Source of the DNA: Clostridia bacterium
Lineage (GTDB): Bacteria > Bacillota > Clostridia > Acetivibrionales > UBA4821
Direction of reading: 5' to 3'
Assembly (NCBI GenBank): GCA_041687355.1
Contig: JAWLCD010000011.1
Coordinates: 2,217-66,216, forward strand
Length of the DNA: 64,000 nt
This document shows, in pieces, positions 35,571 through 45,084 of the stretch. A program made the translations under genes and the position numbers. Under the pieces are notes generated by a model. The model was not told where the DNA came from. It searched no databases and saw nothing but the letters and a program-made list of their open reading frames with translations. Position 1 is the first letter of the stretch; each line of letters opens with the position of its first letter.

Positions 35571-36641
35571 ATGAAGATAGGATTAAAATTATTAGTGGGG
35601 CTATTGGCGTTAGCATTACTTGCTGTATTAATAACAACAAACCCCCAGAGCCCAGACAAACCGGAGGATGATACTGAACAGCCGATGGAAGCACAAGGTA
35701 TTAGTATGAGCTTTGTAGGAGACATACTTCTCGCTTCCCATGTTCAGAGTGGAGTAAACCGGTTCGGTGCCAATCATCCCTTTGAAAAAGTGAAACCGCT
35801 TTTGAGTTCTAGCGATTTTACAGTAGGCAATCTTGAGAGCGCAGTGGGAATGGGTGGAATTCCCCAGCCTGACAAGGAATACACCTTTAGGGCAGACCCG
35901 ATGGTTCTTGAGGGAGTCAAATGGTCAGGTATAGATGTATTAAGTATAGCCAATAACCATGTGTTAGATTTTGGTTCTGAGGTCTTTGACCAGACACTGA
36001 ATAACATAAGCTCCAGTAATCTTCACTACGTAGGAGGAGGAAGAAATCGTGCAGAAGCATTCAGTCCGGTTATACTAGAAAAGGGAGACAAGAAGATTGC
36101 TGTTTTTGCAGCCAGCCGGGTGGTGCCGGATGTAAGCTGGCACGCCGGGGAGAATTCACCCGGGGTAGCAGGAGTGTATGACCCCCGGAAGCTTGTAGAA
36201 GGAATAGATTATGTGAGGCAGCAGTCTGACCACATTGTAGTTTATCTTCACTGGGGAACTGAAAGAGAGACGTTACCAGGATCCTACCAAAGGAGGCTGG
36301 CCAGGCAGTTGATTGACAGCGGGGCGGACGTGGTAGTCGGAACTCATCCTCATGTACTCCAAGGCTTTGAATTCTATAACCATGGACTCATTGCATACAG
36401 CCTGGGCAATTTTGTATTTACAAACCTGGAGAACGATACTCTCATACTAACCGTAAACTTCGGAGATGAGGGAATAGAATCCTCGAGTATCATTCCCTGT
36501 ATGATCAGGAATTACAGACCTGAACCGATAAAGGATATCAATCGTATTGAGGAATTCTATAAAATGATTGAAGGCAGATCGTTCGGAGTAGGGGTGCAGG
36601 ATGGAAAGCTGGTTGACAGGGGTATTGGAGAAGGTTTCTAA
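35571..36641 (+). CDS. capA: CapA-family (PGA_cap) metallophosphatase-like protein
   Basis: 356 aa with a signal anchor, then FVGDILL, GNLES, SIANNH and HWGTE motifs typical of CapA/poly-gamma-glutamate capsule synthesis proteins. Confidence 0.85.
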   Translation: MKIGLKLLVGLLALALLAVLITTNPQSPDKPEDDTEQPMEAQGISMSFVGDILLASHVQSGVNRFGANHPFEKVKPLLSSSDFTVGNLESAVGMGGIPQPDKEYTFRADPMVLEGVKWSGIDVLSIANNHVLDFGSEVFDQTLNNISSSNLHYVGGGRNRAEAFSPVILEKGDKKIAVFAASRVVPDVSWHAGENSPGVAGVYDPRKLVEGIDYVRQQSDHIVVYLHWGTERETLPGSYQRRLARQLIDSGADVVVGTHPHVLQGFEFYNHGLIAYSLGNFVFTNLENDTLILTVNFGDEGIESSSIIPCMIRNYRPEPIKDINRIEEFYKMIEGRSFGVGVQDGKLVDRGIGEGF

Positions 36642-36696
36642 GAGCCGAACCCAGAAATATAATCATTTACGAGTTAAAGTTACAGCCATACAAATA

Positions 36697-36725
36697 TTGA
36701 CTGTTTAATATTTTTAAAGTATAAT
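36697..36725 (+). promoter_or_regulatory. Sigma-A promoter of the ileS T-box leader
   Basis: TTGACT (36697-36702), 17-nt spacer, TATAAT (36720-36725). Confidence 0.7.
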
Positions 36726-36731
36726 CAGTTC

Positions 36732-36995
36732 AATCATAATATGGTTAAAACGTTGACGGGGAAGAGTATATTGAGTATGCCTGCCTGAAGAGAGCCGGGC
36801 AAGGTGAAATCCGGCGGAGGCTGTCAATAGAAAATCACCCCCGAGTGCCTTACGAAAGGTTTAACGAGTAGAAACGGCCGCTGACTGCGTTAAGGTCAAA
36901 TGAGAGAGTGGAAGGACATATGTTTTTTCCTTCACTAATGTGGGTGGTACCACGAGAGCCTGGCTCTACGTCCCTGTTATGACGTAGGGTCTTTA
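36732..36995 (+). promoter_or_regulatory. T-box leader, Ile-specific
   Basis: T-box core AATGTGGGTGGTACCACGAG at 36937-36956. The AGAGA box lies in GAAGAGAGCC. The candidate specifier is AUC at 36834-36836 (AGAAA-AUC-A). The terminator hairpin CTACGTC...GACGTAG (36966-36987) is followed by a T-rich tract. Confidence 0.85.
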
Positions 36996-37024
36996 TTATT
37001 ATATAAAGAGGAGAGATGATAGGA

Positions 37025-39814
37025 ATGGACTATAGTAAAACACTGAATCTTCCACATACTGATTTTCCCATGAGGGCTAATCTTCCCGAAAGGGAACCTG
37101 AGTATCTTAAAATGTGGGATGAAAAAGACATTTACAAGAAGTCGTTGGAGATGAACAAGGGGAAGCAGTCCTATATTCTTCATGACGGTCCCCCTTATGC
37201 CAATGGCGATATTCATATAGGGCATGCTCTAAACAAGGTGCTAAAGGATATAGTAGTCAAATTTAAATCTATGGACGGTTATTATTCTCCATATGTACCC
37301 GGTTGGGATACACATGGACTGCCAATCGAACAGCAGGCCATAAAGAAACTCGGTATCAACAGACACGAAGTTGATCCGGTTGAATTCAGAAATGCATGCA
37401 GGGAATTTGCACTTGGCTATGTAGATAGACAAAGGGAACAGTTCAAGAGACTGGGGGTCAGAGGTGACTGGTATAATCCTTATCTTACCCTTGCGCCTGA
37501 GTTTGAAGCAACACAGGTAGAGGTATTTGGCGAGATGGCCCAAAAGGGATATATATATAAGGGCCTCAAGCCTGTATACTGGTGTGCAGACTGTGAAACT
37601 GCTCTGGCCGAAGCTGAGATTGAATATGCCGAAGACAGGTCAAAATCAATATATGTTAAATTCGACCTTATTGATGATAAGAAGGTTTTCGGAAATGTGG
37701 CCGGAGATAGCAAAATATCCTTTGTAATATGGACTACTACAACATGGACTCTTCCCGGAAACCTTGCAATTTGTCTGAATGCTGATTTTGATTATGCTCT
37801 TGTGAAGGCTGGTAAAGAGGCATATGTACTGGCTGATAAGCTTGTTGAGGACGTAATGACGTCAGCTGGTATAGACAGCTATAATGTTGTTGCAAGGTAT
37901 AAGGGAAGCGAACTGGAGGGAATGAGATGCTGGCATCCATTCCTTGAGAGGGAATCAGTAGTGATACTTGGTGAGCATGTTACCCTTGAAGCCGGAACCG
38001 GTTGTGTTCATACCGCTCCCGGACATGGTGAGGAAGACTTCGAGGTTTGCAGGAAATATAATCTTCCGGTAATTGTACCGGTGGATAATAAAGGACACTT
38101 AAATGAACTGGCTGGTAAATTCAGCGGGCTGTTCTATGCAAAGTCCAACAAAGCCATAATCGAAGAACTTAAATCAACAGGACATCTGCTTGCCGAAGTT
38201 GAAATAATACATCAGTACCCTCACTGTTGGAGGTGCAAGAACCCTGTTCTTTTCAGGGCAACAGAGCAGTGGTTCGCATCCATTGACGGTTTCAGGAAAC
38301 AGGCACTTGAAGCAATAAAAGATGTTGAATGGATTCCAGCCTGGGGAGAAGAGAGAATTACTAATATGGTAAGAGACAGGGGAGATTGGTGTATATCGCG
38401 TCAAAGAAAGTGGGGAGTACCCATACCCATCTTCTACTGCGAGTCCTGTGGCAAGGAGTTGATAAATGACCAGACAATCAGCGCTGTTAAACAGCTGTTC
38501 AGAGAGAAGGGGTCAAATGCCTGGTTTGAAATGGATGCTTCCGACATTGTCCCAAAGGAAGTAACTTGTGAATGCGGAGGAAGAAAATTCCGGAAAGAAA
38601 CTGATACCATGGATGTATGGTTTGATTCAGGCTCGAGTCATGCTGGGGTACTGGAGAATAGGGGTGACCTGAGTTGGCCTGCTGATATGTACCTGGAGGG
38701 AAGTGACCAGCATAGGGGATGGTTTCAGTCCTCGCTCCTGACGTCGGTGGCAGCCAGAGGGAAAGCGCCGTACAGGACTGTATTGACACACGGTTTTACG
38801 GTTGACGGAGAAGGGAAAAAGATGTCCAAATCACTTGGCAATGGAGTGGACCCTATAGAGGTAATCAAGGAGTATGGTGCTGATATATTGAGGCTCTGGG
38901 TTGTTTCTGCAGACTACAGGAATGATGTAAGGATATCCAAGGATATTCTCAAGCAGCTGACCGAGGTTTATAGAAAAATCAGGAATACATGCAGATTTAT
39001 ATTAGGAAATATATATGATTTTAATCCGGACAATGATAGGGTGTCCTACGAGAAGCTTGAGGAGTTGGACAGATGGGCGTTAATGAAGCTTACAAAGCTG
39101 ATAAAACGTGTGACTGAAGCTTATAGAACGCACGACTATCATTTTGTATATCATTCCATACACAACTTCTGTGTAGTAGACATGAGTAATTTCTACCTGG
39201 ATGTGATTAAAGACAGATTGTATACATCGTCTGCAAACTCTCAGGCCAGGAGAGCTGCTCAGACTGCAATGTATGATGTTCTGGATGTTCTGGTAAAGAT
39301 GCTGGCACCTGTACTTGCATTTACCACTGAGGAAATATGGGAGTATATGTCTCACAGCTCCAGCCATGACAGGGAAAGTGTTCAACTTAATCCGTGGCCG
39401 GCTGTAAATGAAAGATACCTTGACGCAGAACTTGAAAAGAAGTGGGATAAGCTGCTGGCAGTAAGGGATGATGTCTCAAAAGCTCTTGAGACGGCAAGGG
39501 CTGAGAAAATAATAGGACACTCGCTGAATGCTGCGGTTACACTGTATGCTGATGAAGACTATTATAAGTTTCTTTCCGGGCTTGAAGACCAGCTTGCAAC
39601 TGTCTTTATTGTCTCGGATGTTAGGGTCCATGAGGTTCACTGCCCGCCTTCAACAAGAATTGTCAAGGGTGAAGCAACAGGTATTGATATATTTGTGGAG
39701 AATGCAGGTGGAGAAAAGTGTGAACGGTGTTGGATATTCAGCGAAGCTGTGGGCAAGAATCAAAAACATCCAACCTTGTGTGAAAGATGCAGCAGTGTGG
39801 TAACAGGATTATGA
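37025..39814 (+). CDS. ileS: Isoleucyl-tRNA synthetase
   Basis: 929 aa with HIGH (GDIHIGHA), KMSKS, a CP1 editing domain and a C-terminal zinc-finger (CERCW...CERC). Confidence 0.97.
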   Translation: MDYSKTLNLPHTDFPMRANLPEREPEYLKMWDEKDIYKKSLEMNKGKQSYILHDGPPYANGDIHIGHALNKVLKDIVVKFKSMDGYYSPYVPGWDTHGLPIEQQAIKKLGINRHEVDPVEFRNACREFALGYVDRQREQFKRLGVRGDWYNPYLTLAPEFEATQVEVFGEMAQKGYIYKGLKPVYWCADCETALAEAEIEYAEDRSKSIYVKFDLIDDKKVFGNVAGDSKISFVIWTTTTWTLPGNLAICLNADFDYALVKAGKEAYVLADKLVEDVMTSAGIDSYNVVARYKGSELEGMRCWHPFLERESVVILGEHVTLEAGTGCVHTAPGHGEEDFEVCRKYNLPVIVPVDNKGHLNELAGKFSGLFYAKSNKAIIEELKSTGHLLAEVEIIHQYPHCWRCKNPVLFRATEQWFASIDGFRKQALEAIKDVEWIPAWGEERITNMVRDRGDWCISRQRKWGVPIPIFYCESCGKELINDQTISAVKQLFREKGSNAWFEMDASDIVPKEVTCECGGRKFRKETDTMDVWFDSGSSHAGVLENRGDLSWPADMYLEGSDQHRGWFQSSLLTSVAARGKAPYRTVLTHGFTVDGEGKKMSKSLGNGVDPIEVIKEYGADILRLWVVSADYRNDVRISKDILKQLTEVYRKIRNTCRFILGNIYDFNPDNDRVSYEKLEELDRWALMKLTKLIKRVTEAYRTHDYHFVYHSIHNFCVVDMSNFYLDVIKDRLYTSSANSQARRAAQTAMYDVLDVLVKMLAPVLAFTTEEIWEYMSHSSSHDRESVQLNPWPAVNERYLDAELEKKWDKLLAVRDDVSKALETARAEKIIGHSLNAAVTLYADEDYYKFLSGLEDQLATVFIVSDVRVHEVHCPPSTRIVKGEATGIDIFVENAGGEKCERCWIFSEAVGKNQKHPTLCERCSSVVTGL

Positions 39815-40914
39815 TTTCAGCGCCGGAGGTGAGCCAACTGCAGGAGTTAACTGTAAACCTGGGAGAGAGGAGTTATGTAATTTATATCTCCTCCTCCTTT
39901 GATAATCTGAATAAGATTTTTAAGCCTTATAAATCTTTAAAGGCCCTAATTATATCAGATTCAAATGTTAGCCAGTTTTATACCCGGTCATGCATGGAAC
40001 AGCTCGAAGAGGCCGGATTAAAGGTGTTTGCTAATGCTTTTCCTGCAGGTGAAGAGAGTAAGAATCTTGACACGGTGAAAAGCATATACAGGGTCTGCAA
40101 GGATATCAGGCTTGAAAGGTGCGATGTTTTGGTTGCACTTGGAGGAGGAGTTGTAGGTGATGTGGCAGGTTTTGCTGCTGCGACATACCTCCGGGGAATT
40201 GATTTTGTGCAGATTCCTACCTCGCTTCTTGCACAGTGTGACAGCAGTGTGGGAGGAAAGGTTGGAGTCGATTTTGAAGGAGCCAAGAACCTTGTTGGGG
40301 CGTTCTATCAGCCCAAAGCTGTATATATAAATGTAAATACCCTGAGAACTCTTCCAAAAAGGGAATTTGTATCCGGCCTTGCAGAGGTAGTGAAACATGG
40401 AATTATAGGGGATGAGAATTTATTTGGATACCTTGAAGAAAACTATGAAGGCTTTCTTTCACAGAAAGAGGAAATACTTCAACATGTGATAAAGACAAAC
40501 TGCTCAATCAAGTCCAGGATTATCGAACAGGACGAGAGGGAGAACCAGTTGAGAGCAGTCCTTAACCTCGGGCATACCGTAGGCCATGCAATTGAAAGTG
40601 TGCTTGGGTTTTCGCTTCTTCACGGTGAGTGTGTCTCACTTGGGATGGCTGCTGCCTGTAATGTTTCAAGAGAAATGGGAGTAATCAGCGGGCAGGACGC
40701 AGATAGGATTACAAGGCTGTTGTCAAAATTTGGCCTGCCGGTAAACTATAAGAATCTTGAAGTTGATAATGTGATAAATCAGATGAGCCTTGACAAGAAA
40801 ATTTCCGGTGGTAAGTTGAACTTTATCCTGCCCGAAAGAATCGGAAGCGTAATACAGTGTAAGGAAATACCGGAAGACATTATAAGGCGTTCGGTATGTA
40901 TGATTTTAAAATAA
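39811..40914 (+). CDS. aroB: 3-dehydroquinate synthase
   Basis: 367 aa from the ATG that overlaps the ileS stop (ATGA). Has GGGVVGDVAGFAAATYLRGI, GGKVGV and HGECVSLGM motifs. Confidence 0.92.
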   Translation: MISAPEVSQLQELTVNLGERSYVIYISSSFDNLNKIFKPYKSLKALIISDSNVSQFYTRSCMEQLEEAGLKVFANAFPAGEESKNLDTVKSIYRVCKDIRLERCDVLVALGGGVVGDVAGFAAATYLRGIDFVQIPTSLLAQCDSSVGGKVGVDFEGAKNLVGAFYQPKAVYINVNTLRTLPKREFVSGLAEVVKHGIIGDENLFGYLEENYEGFLSQKEEILQHVIKTNCSIKSRIIEQDERENQLRAVLNLGHTVGHAIESVLGFSLLHGECVSLGMAAACNVSREMGVISGQDADRITRLLSKFGLPVNYKNLEVDNVINQMSLDKKISGGKLNFILPERIGSVIQCKEIPEDIIRRSVCMILK

Positions 40915-40917
40915 GGT

Positions 40918-41012
40918 AGGGGGACGCGTCATTCGCTGGGCTCAAGAAACGTGCCTCTTTGAATACGAGGGACGCGACCATTCGCTCCGCTCAAGGAGTT
41001 TCCCCCTCTGCA
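40918..41012. repeat. Imperfect tandem ~27-bp repeat pair enclosed by an AGGGGGA/TCCCCCT outer pairing
   Basis: GGGACGCG-TCATTCGCTGGGCTCAAG and GGGACGCGACCATTCGCTCCGCTCAAG start about 50 bp apart. Confidence 0.55.
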
Positions 41013-41179
41013 CAAATCAAATAACCAGAATAAACTCCAGGCTATATTGACAAAATAATTGTCAAATGTTAGTTTGATATAAGCATAGAATACAGTGCGA
41101 AAAGGTGTACTACCAATATATAAGGCATCAGGATTTGTAAGACCGAATTTTAATAACTATATCATTTAGGGAGAGAACT

Positions 41180-42355
41180 ATGGAGACTAGAATCTACTTG
41201 GATCATGCAGCCACAACACCTGTAAAAAGCGAAGTTCTTGAGGCAATGCTGCCTTACTTCAGCGATAAGTACGGCAATCCGTCTTCAGTGTATTCCATAG
41301 GCAGGGAAAGCAGGAAAGCAATCGACGAAGCAAGGGAACGTGTAGCTAGTGCCATTGGTGCACAGTCAAAGGAGATATTCTTTACTTCCGGAGGCAGTGA
41401 ATCGGATAACTGGGCTATAAAAGGTGTTGCCTATGCAAACAGAGCCAGGGGTAATCACATAATTACTTCTTCAATTGAGCATCATGCAGTACTTAATACT
41501 TGTAGATACCTTGAAGATGATGGGTTTGAGGTTACTTACCTTCCGGTTGACTCAAACGGTCTGGTATCCCCTGAACAGCTCAGGGAGGCTATTAAACCAA
41601 CAACCACAGTTATTTCAGTCATGTTTGCGAACAACGAGATTGGAACCATACAGCCCATAAAAGAGATAGGAAAGATTGCAAGGGAGAAAGGAATATACTT
41701 TCACACTGATGCTGTCCAGGCTGTAGGCAACATACCAATAGATGTTGATGAGTTGAATATAGACATGCTCTCTCTTTCCGCACATAAGTTTTATGGACCC
41801 AAAGGGATGGGGGCATTGTATGTACGAAAAAACGTAAAGCTGGCTTCCTTTATACAAGGTGGTGGACAGGAAAGAGGCAGGAGAGCAGGAACCGAGAATA
41901 TAGCTGGCATTGTTGGTTTGGGAAAAGCCATACAACTGGCGGTTGAGAATTTAGATGATTATAATAGCAGGATTAGACACCTCAGGGATATGATTATAAA
42001 TGGTATAAAAGAAAGAATTCCTTTTGTAAGACTCAATGGTGACCCTGAAAAGAGGCTTCCTGGTAATGTTAATATATCTTTTGAATTTGTTGAAGGTGAA
42101 TCTCTTCTGCTCATGCTGGATATGAAGGGTATAGCGGCATCAAGTGGTTCGGCATGCTCTTCAGGTTCTCTTGACCCGTCACATGTTCTTCTCGCTGTAG
42201 GTTTGAGTCATGAAGTAGCGCACGGCTCTCTGAGGATGACCGTAGGCGAGGATAATACTGAGGAAGATATAAGGTATGTACTTGATGTTCTTCCGCCAAT
42301 TGTCGAGCGGCTCAGGGAGATGTCGCCGCTGTATGAAAAAGAAAAGAGGGGATAG
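41180..42355 (+). CDS. nifS: Cysteine desulfurase (NifS/IscS type)
   Basis: 391 aa with a PLP-lysine context (LSLSAHKFYGPKG) and an active-site Cys loop (SSGSACSS). Confidence 0.92.
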   Translation: METRIYLDHAATTPVKSEVLEAMLPYFSDKYGNPSSVYSIGRESRKAIDEARERVASAIGAQSKEIFFTSGGSESDNWAIKGVAYANRARGNHIITSSIEHHAVLNTCRYLEDDGFEVTYLPVDSNGLVSPEQLREAIKPTTTVISVMFANNEIGTIQPIKEIGKIAREKGIYFHTDAVQAVGNIPIDVDELNIDMLSLSAHKFYGPKGMGALYVRKNVKLASFIQGGGQERGRRAGTENIAGIVGLGKAIQLAVENLDDYNSRIRHLRDMIINGIKERIPFVRLNGDPEKRLPGNVNISFEFVEGESLLLMLDMKGIAASSGSACSSGSLDPSHVLLAVGLSHEVAHGSLRMTVGEDNTEEDIRYVLDVLPPIVERLREMSPLYEKEKRG

Positions 42356-42357
42356 CA

Positions 42358-42795
42358 ATGTATAGTGAAAAGGTTATGGATCATTTTATGAACCCCAGGA
42401 ATGTCGGGGAAATTGAAGATGCCGATGGTATTGGTGAGGTTGGCAATGCCAAGTGTGGAGATATAATGAAGATGTATCTCAAAATTGAGAATGACGTCAT
42501 TGTAGATGCCAAATTCAAGACATTTGGATGCGGTGCGGCTGTAGCAACAAGTAGTATGGCTACAGAACTGGTTAAAGGTAAAACCATAGAAGAAGCTTTG
42601 AAACTTAGCAACAAGGCAGTTGCAGAGGCACTTGACGGACTGCCTCCGGTGAAGATGCACTGCTCGAATCTTGCTGAGGAAGCAATAAAGGCTGCTGTTG
42701 ATGATTACCTGGTAAAGATAGGGAGGAGAAGCGAGCTGACCATGCAGTGTAAAGGCTGTTGTGAAAAGTGTCATGAGGGGATTGAAGATGAGTGA
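42358..42795 (+). CDS. nifU: Fe-S cluster scaffold protein NifU/IscU-like
   Basis: 145 aa with the three scaffold Cys contexts (GNAKCGD, FGCGAA, KMHCS) plus a Cys-rich tail. Confidence 0.9.
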   Translation: MYSEKVMDHFMNPRNVGEIEDADGIGEVGNAKCGDIMKMYLKIENDVIVDAKFKTFGCGAAVATSSMATELVKGKTIEEALKLSNKAVAEALDGLPPVKMHCSNLAEEAIKAAVDDYLVKIGRRSELTMQCKGCCEKCHEGIEDE

Positions 42796-43874
42796 TGAAG
42801 AAGTCTGTGTTAGTTGCAATGAGCGGGGGCGTGGATAGTTCAGTGGCCGCCGCTCTTTTGGTTGAGCAGGGTTATGAGGTTATAGGGATTACTATGAAAC
42901 TGCGGCAGGACGAAGAACTAAGTATAAGTGAAAATGGCTGCTGTTCACTTGAAGCAGTTGAGGATGCAAGAAGGGTAGCAGAAATACTGGGTATACCCCA
43001 CTATGTACTTAACTTTTCAGAAGAATTCAGAGCCAAAGTTATTGATTATTTTATTGACCAATACAGCAAAGGATATACCCCAAACCCCTGTATTGCGTGC
43101 AATAGGCATATTAAGTTTGACCTGCTTCTTAACAAGGCCAGAACAATGGGGATTGACTATATTTCAACCGGACATTATGCCAGGATTGAATATGACCCGG
43201 TGAGGAAAAGATGGCTTCTTAAGAAGTCTTTATCGACTGCAAAAGACCAGACTTATGCACTCTATAACATGACTCAGTACCAGTTGGAGCATACTCTGTT
43301 CCCAATAGGGCAATACACAGATAAGGAAAGAATAAGGAGCATAGCAGCAAAGCTTGGTTTGCGCGTTGCGGATAAACCTGATAGTCAGGATATATGTTTT
43401 ATTGATGATGACTACGGAAGCTATGTAGAAAACAGATGCCCGGGCAAGGTTAAATCTGGAGATATTGTAGATACAGACGGCAATGTACTTGGAAAGCACA
43501 GGGGTATTGTTTACTATACCATAGGACAGAGAAAAGGACTGGGACTTGCACTTGGTAAACCCGCATATGTGGTTGCGGTTAATCCACAGAGAAATGAGGT
43601 AGTTGTTGGGGAGCCTGAAAAGGTTTACTCCTTGGGCCTGATTGCGAAGGACATCAATCTGATTGCAGTAGAAAGCCTTGAGGACAAATTGAAGGTGACT
43701 GCAAAGATAAGGTATGCAGCAAGTGAGGCAGAGGCGTTCATTGAACTGATAGAGGGAAGAAAAATGAAAGTAACATTCGAAGAGAAGCAGAGGGCTGTGA
43801 CTCCAGGCCAGTCTGTTGTGTTTTACACCGGTGATATTGTGGTTGGAGGAGGAATAATTGAATCTGCAGTTTAA
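42792..43874 (+). CDS. mnmA: tRNA-specific 2-thiouridylase
   Basis: 360 aa with the PP-loop [10 protein letters not shown] and catalytic Cys contexts ([15 protein letters not shown]). Confidence 0.95.
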   Translation: MMKKSVLVAMSGGVDSSVAAALLVEQGYEVIGITMKLRQDEELSISENGCCSLEAVEDARRVAEILGIPHYVLNFSEEFRAKVIDYFIDQYSKGYTPNPCIACNRHIKFDLLLNKARTMGIDYISTGHYARIEYDPVRKRWLLKKSLSTAKDQTYALYNMTQYQLEHTLFPIGQYTDKERIRSIAAKLGLRVADKPDSQDICFIDDDYGSYVENRCPGKVKSGDIVDTDGNVLGKHRGIVYYTIGQRKGLGLALGKPAYVVAVNPQRNEVVVGEPEKVYSLGLIAKDINLIAVESLEDKLKVTAKIRYAASEAEAFIELIEGRKMKVTFEEKQRAVTPGQSVVFYTGDIVVGGGIIESAV

Positions 43875-44035
43875 TATCAAATGACGGTGGTAAGAGCCTG
43901 CAGCAGGAATAAAGTTAAGAATGAACTATCTAGTTACCCATCGGGATACATCGGAAAGCAATAAATGTTGGATAAATCAGGGATATAGTATAGAATATAT
44001 TTATAGAGGTAAATATCCCGAAGGGAGAAGAAATA

Positions 44036-45070
44036 ATGAATATAAATATTCTGGACAGAATAATCCAGGACGGGGGTCTGCTCAGAACCCAGATTGGAAT
44101 AAATGGATGGGAAGACAGTGTAATAATCTCTCATAACAGCAATATAATACAGATAAACCTTGCTCCTGTTTATTACAGCATGGCTGTAATGGCAGGTGAC
44201 CTTATCAGATGCAAGTATCATTATGATGGAGTGGAATATCTGATGGAAGGCCAAATTGAACAGGTTACCATAAATGAGATTCCTTCAATGTTCATCAGAA
44301 TTCATAATGTGAGTAACTTCAATAATAAACGTAAGAACCGAAGGTTGGATGTGCGTCTGGGGGCTGGGGTCAGGCTGAAAGAAAGTGATGAGCTTACATA
44401 CTATTGCATTGTTAACAACCTGAGTACCAGCGGCCTGGGACTATTAGCAAAAAGGAGCTTTGATATTGGAAGCAGTATAATAGTAGAGGTATTAACAAGT
44501 AGCCAGAATACTTTTTCTCTAAGAGGGCAAGTTGTAAGGCAGATGAAAATAGAAGACTATTATGAAATAGGTATAAGCTTGAGTGAGAAGGATGAAGCGG
44601 CCAGAAAAGATGTGGAATATATTATTAGTAATTACTATGAGCTCAGTGAGAAGCTTATAGGGGATACAATTGAGAAAGTAAACCGGAATACCAGTGGTGT
44701 ACCGAAGAACCAGACTGTCATGATTGTGGAGGATAGTCATTTTACAAGAATAATCATAAAAAAGCTTCTATCCCTGCAGGGGTTCTCAAGGATTATCGAA
44801 GTAGCAGACGGACCTCAGGCGTTAAGCCTCGCAGGAAAATTAAAACCGGATATAATAATTCTTGATATTATTCTCCCAACAGTAAACGGCAACGAGATAA
44901 TTGAAGAGATACATAAGTCCAGTTCCGATTCCAGGATTATTGTGGTCTCAACCGTAAGCAGCAGAAAGATGATTGACGAGGTTAAGACCAAGGGAGTATG
45001 TGAATATGTTATCAAGCCTTTTGACCATAAGGAATTGGTTGAGGTTGTTGAGAGAATTTCAAAATTATAA
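44036..45070 (+). CDS. PilZ domain - receiver (CheY-like) domain fusion protein
   Basis: PilZ c-di-GMP motifs RKNRR (RxxxR, aa 99-103) and NLSTSG ([DN]xSxxG, aa 128-133). The C-terminal receiver has MIVEDS, the phospho-acceptor context IIILDIILP and a KP motif (VIKPF). Confidence 0.8.
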   Translation: MNINILDRIIQDGGLLRTQIGINGWEDSVIISHNSNIIQINLAPVYYSMAVMAGDLIRCKYHYDGVEYLMEGQIEQVTINEIPSMFIRIHNVSNFNNKRKNRRLDVRLGAGVRLKESDELTYYCIVNNLSTSGLGLLAKRSFDIGSSIIVEVLTSSQNTFSLRGQVVRQMKIEDYYEIGISLSEKDEAARKDVEYIISNYYELSEKLIGDTIEKVNRNTSGVPKNQTVMIVEDSHFTRIIIKKLLSLQGFSRIIEVADGPQALSLAGKLKPDIIILDIILPTVNGNEIIEEIHKSSSDSRIIVVSTVSSRKMIDEVKTKGVCEYVIKPFDHKELVEVVERISKL

Positions 45071-45084
45071 GGGGTGCAAGCAAA

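Noticed and set aside
42208-42819. 203-aa minus-strand ORF spanning the nifS end and all of nifU
   Set aside because: It is antisense to two strongly supported genes, has no RBS and has an odd composition.
43230-43880. 216-aa minus-strand ORF opposite mnmA
   Set aside because: It is a shadow ORF of a confidently identified gene.
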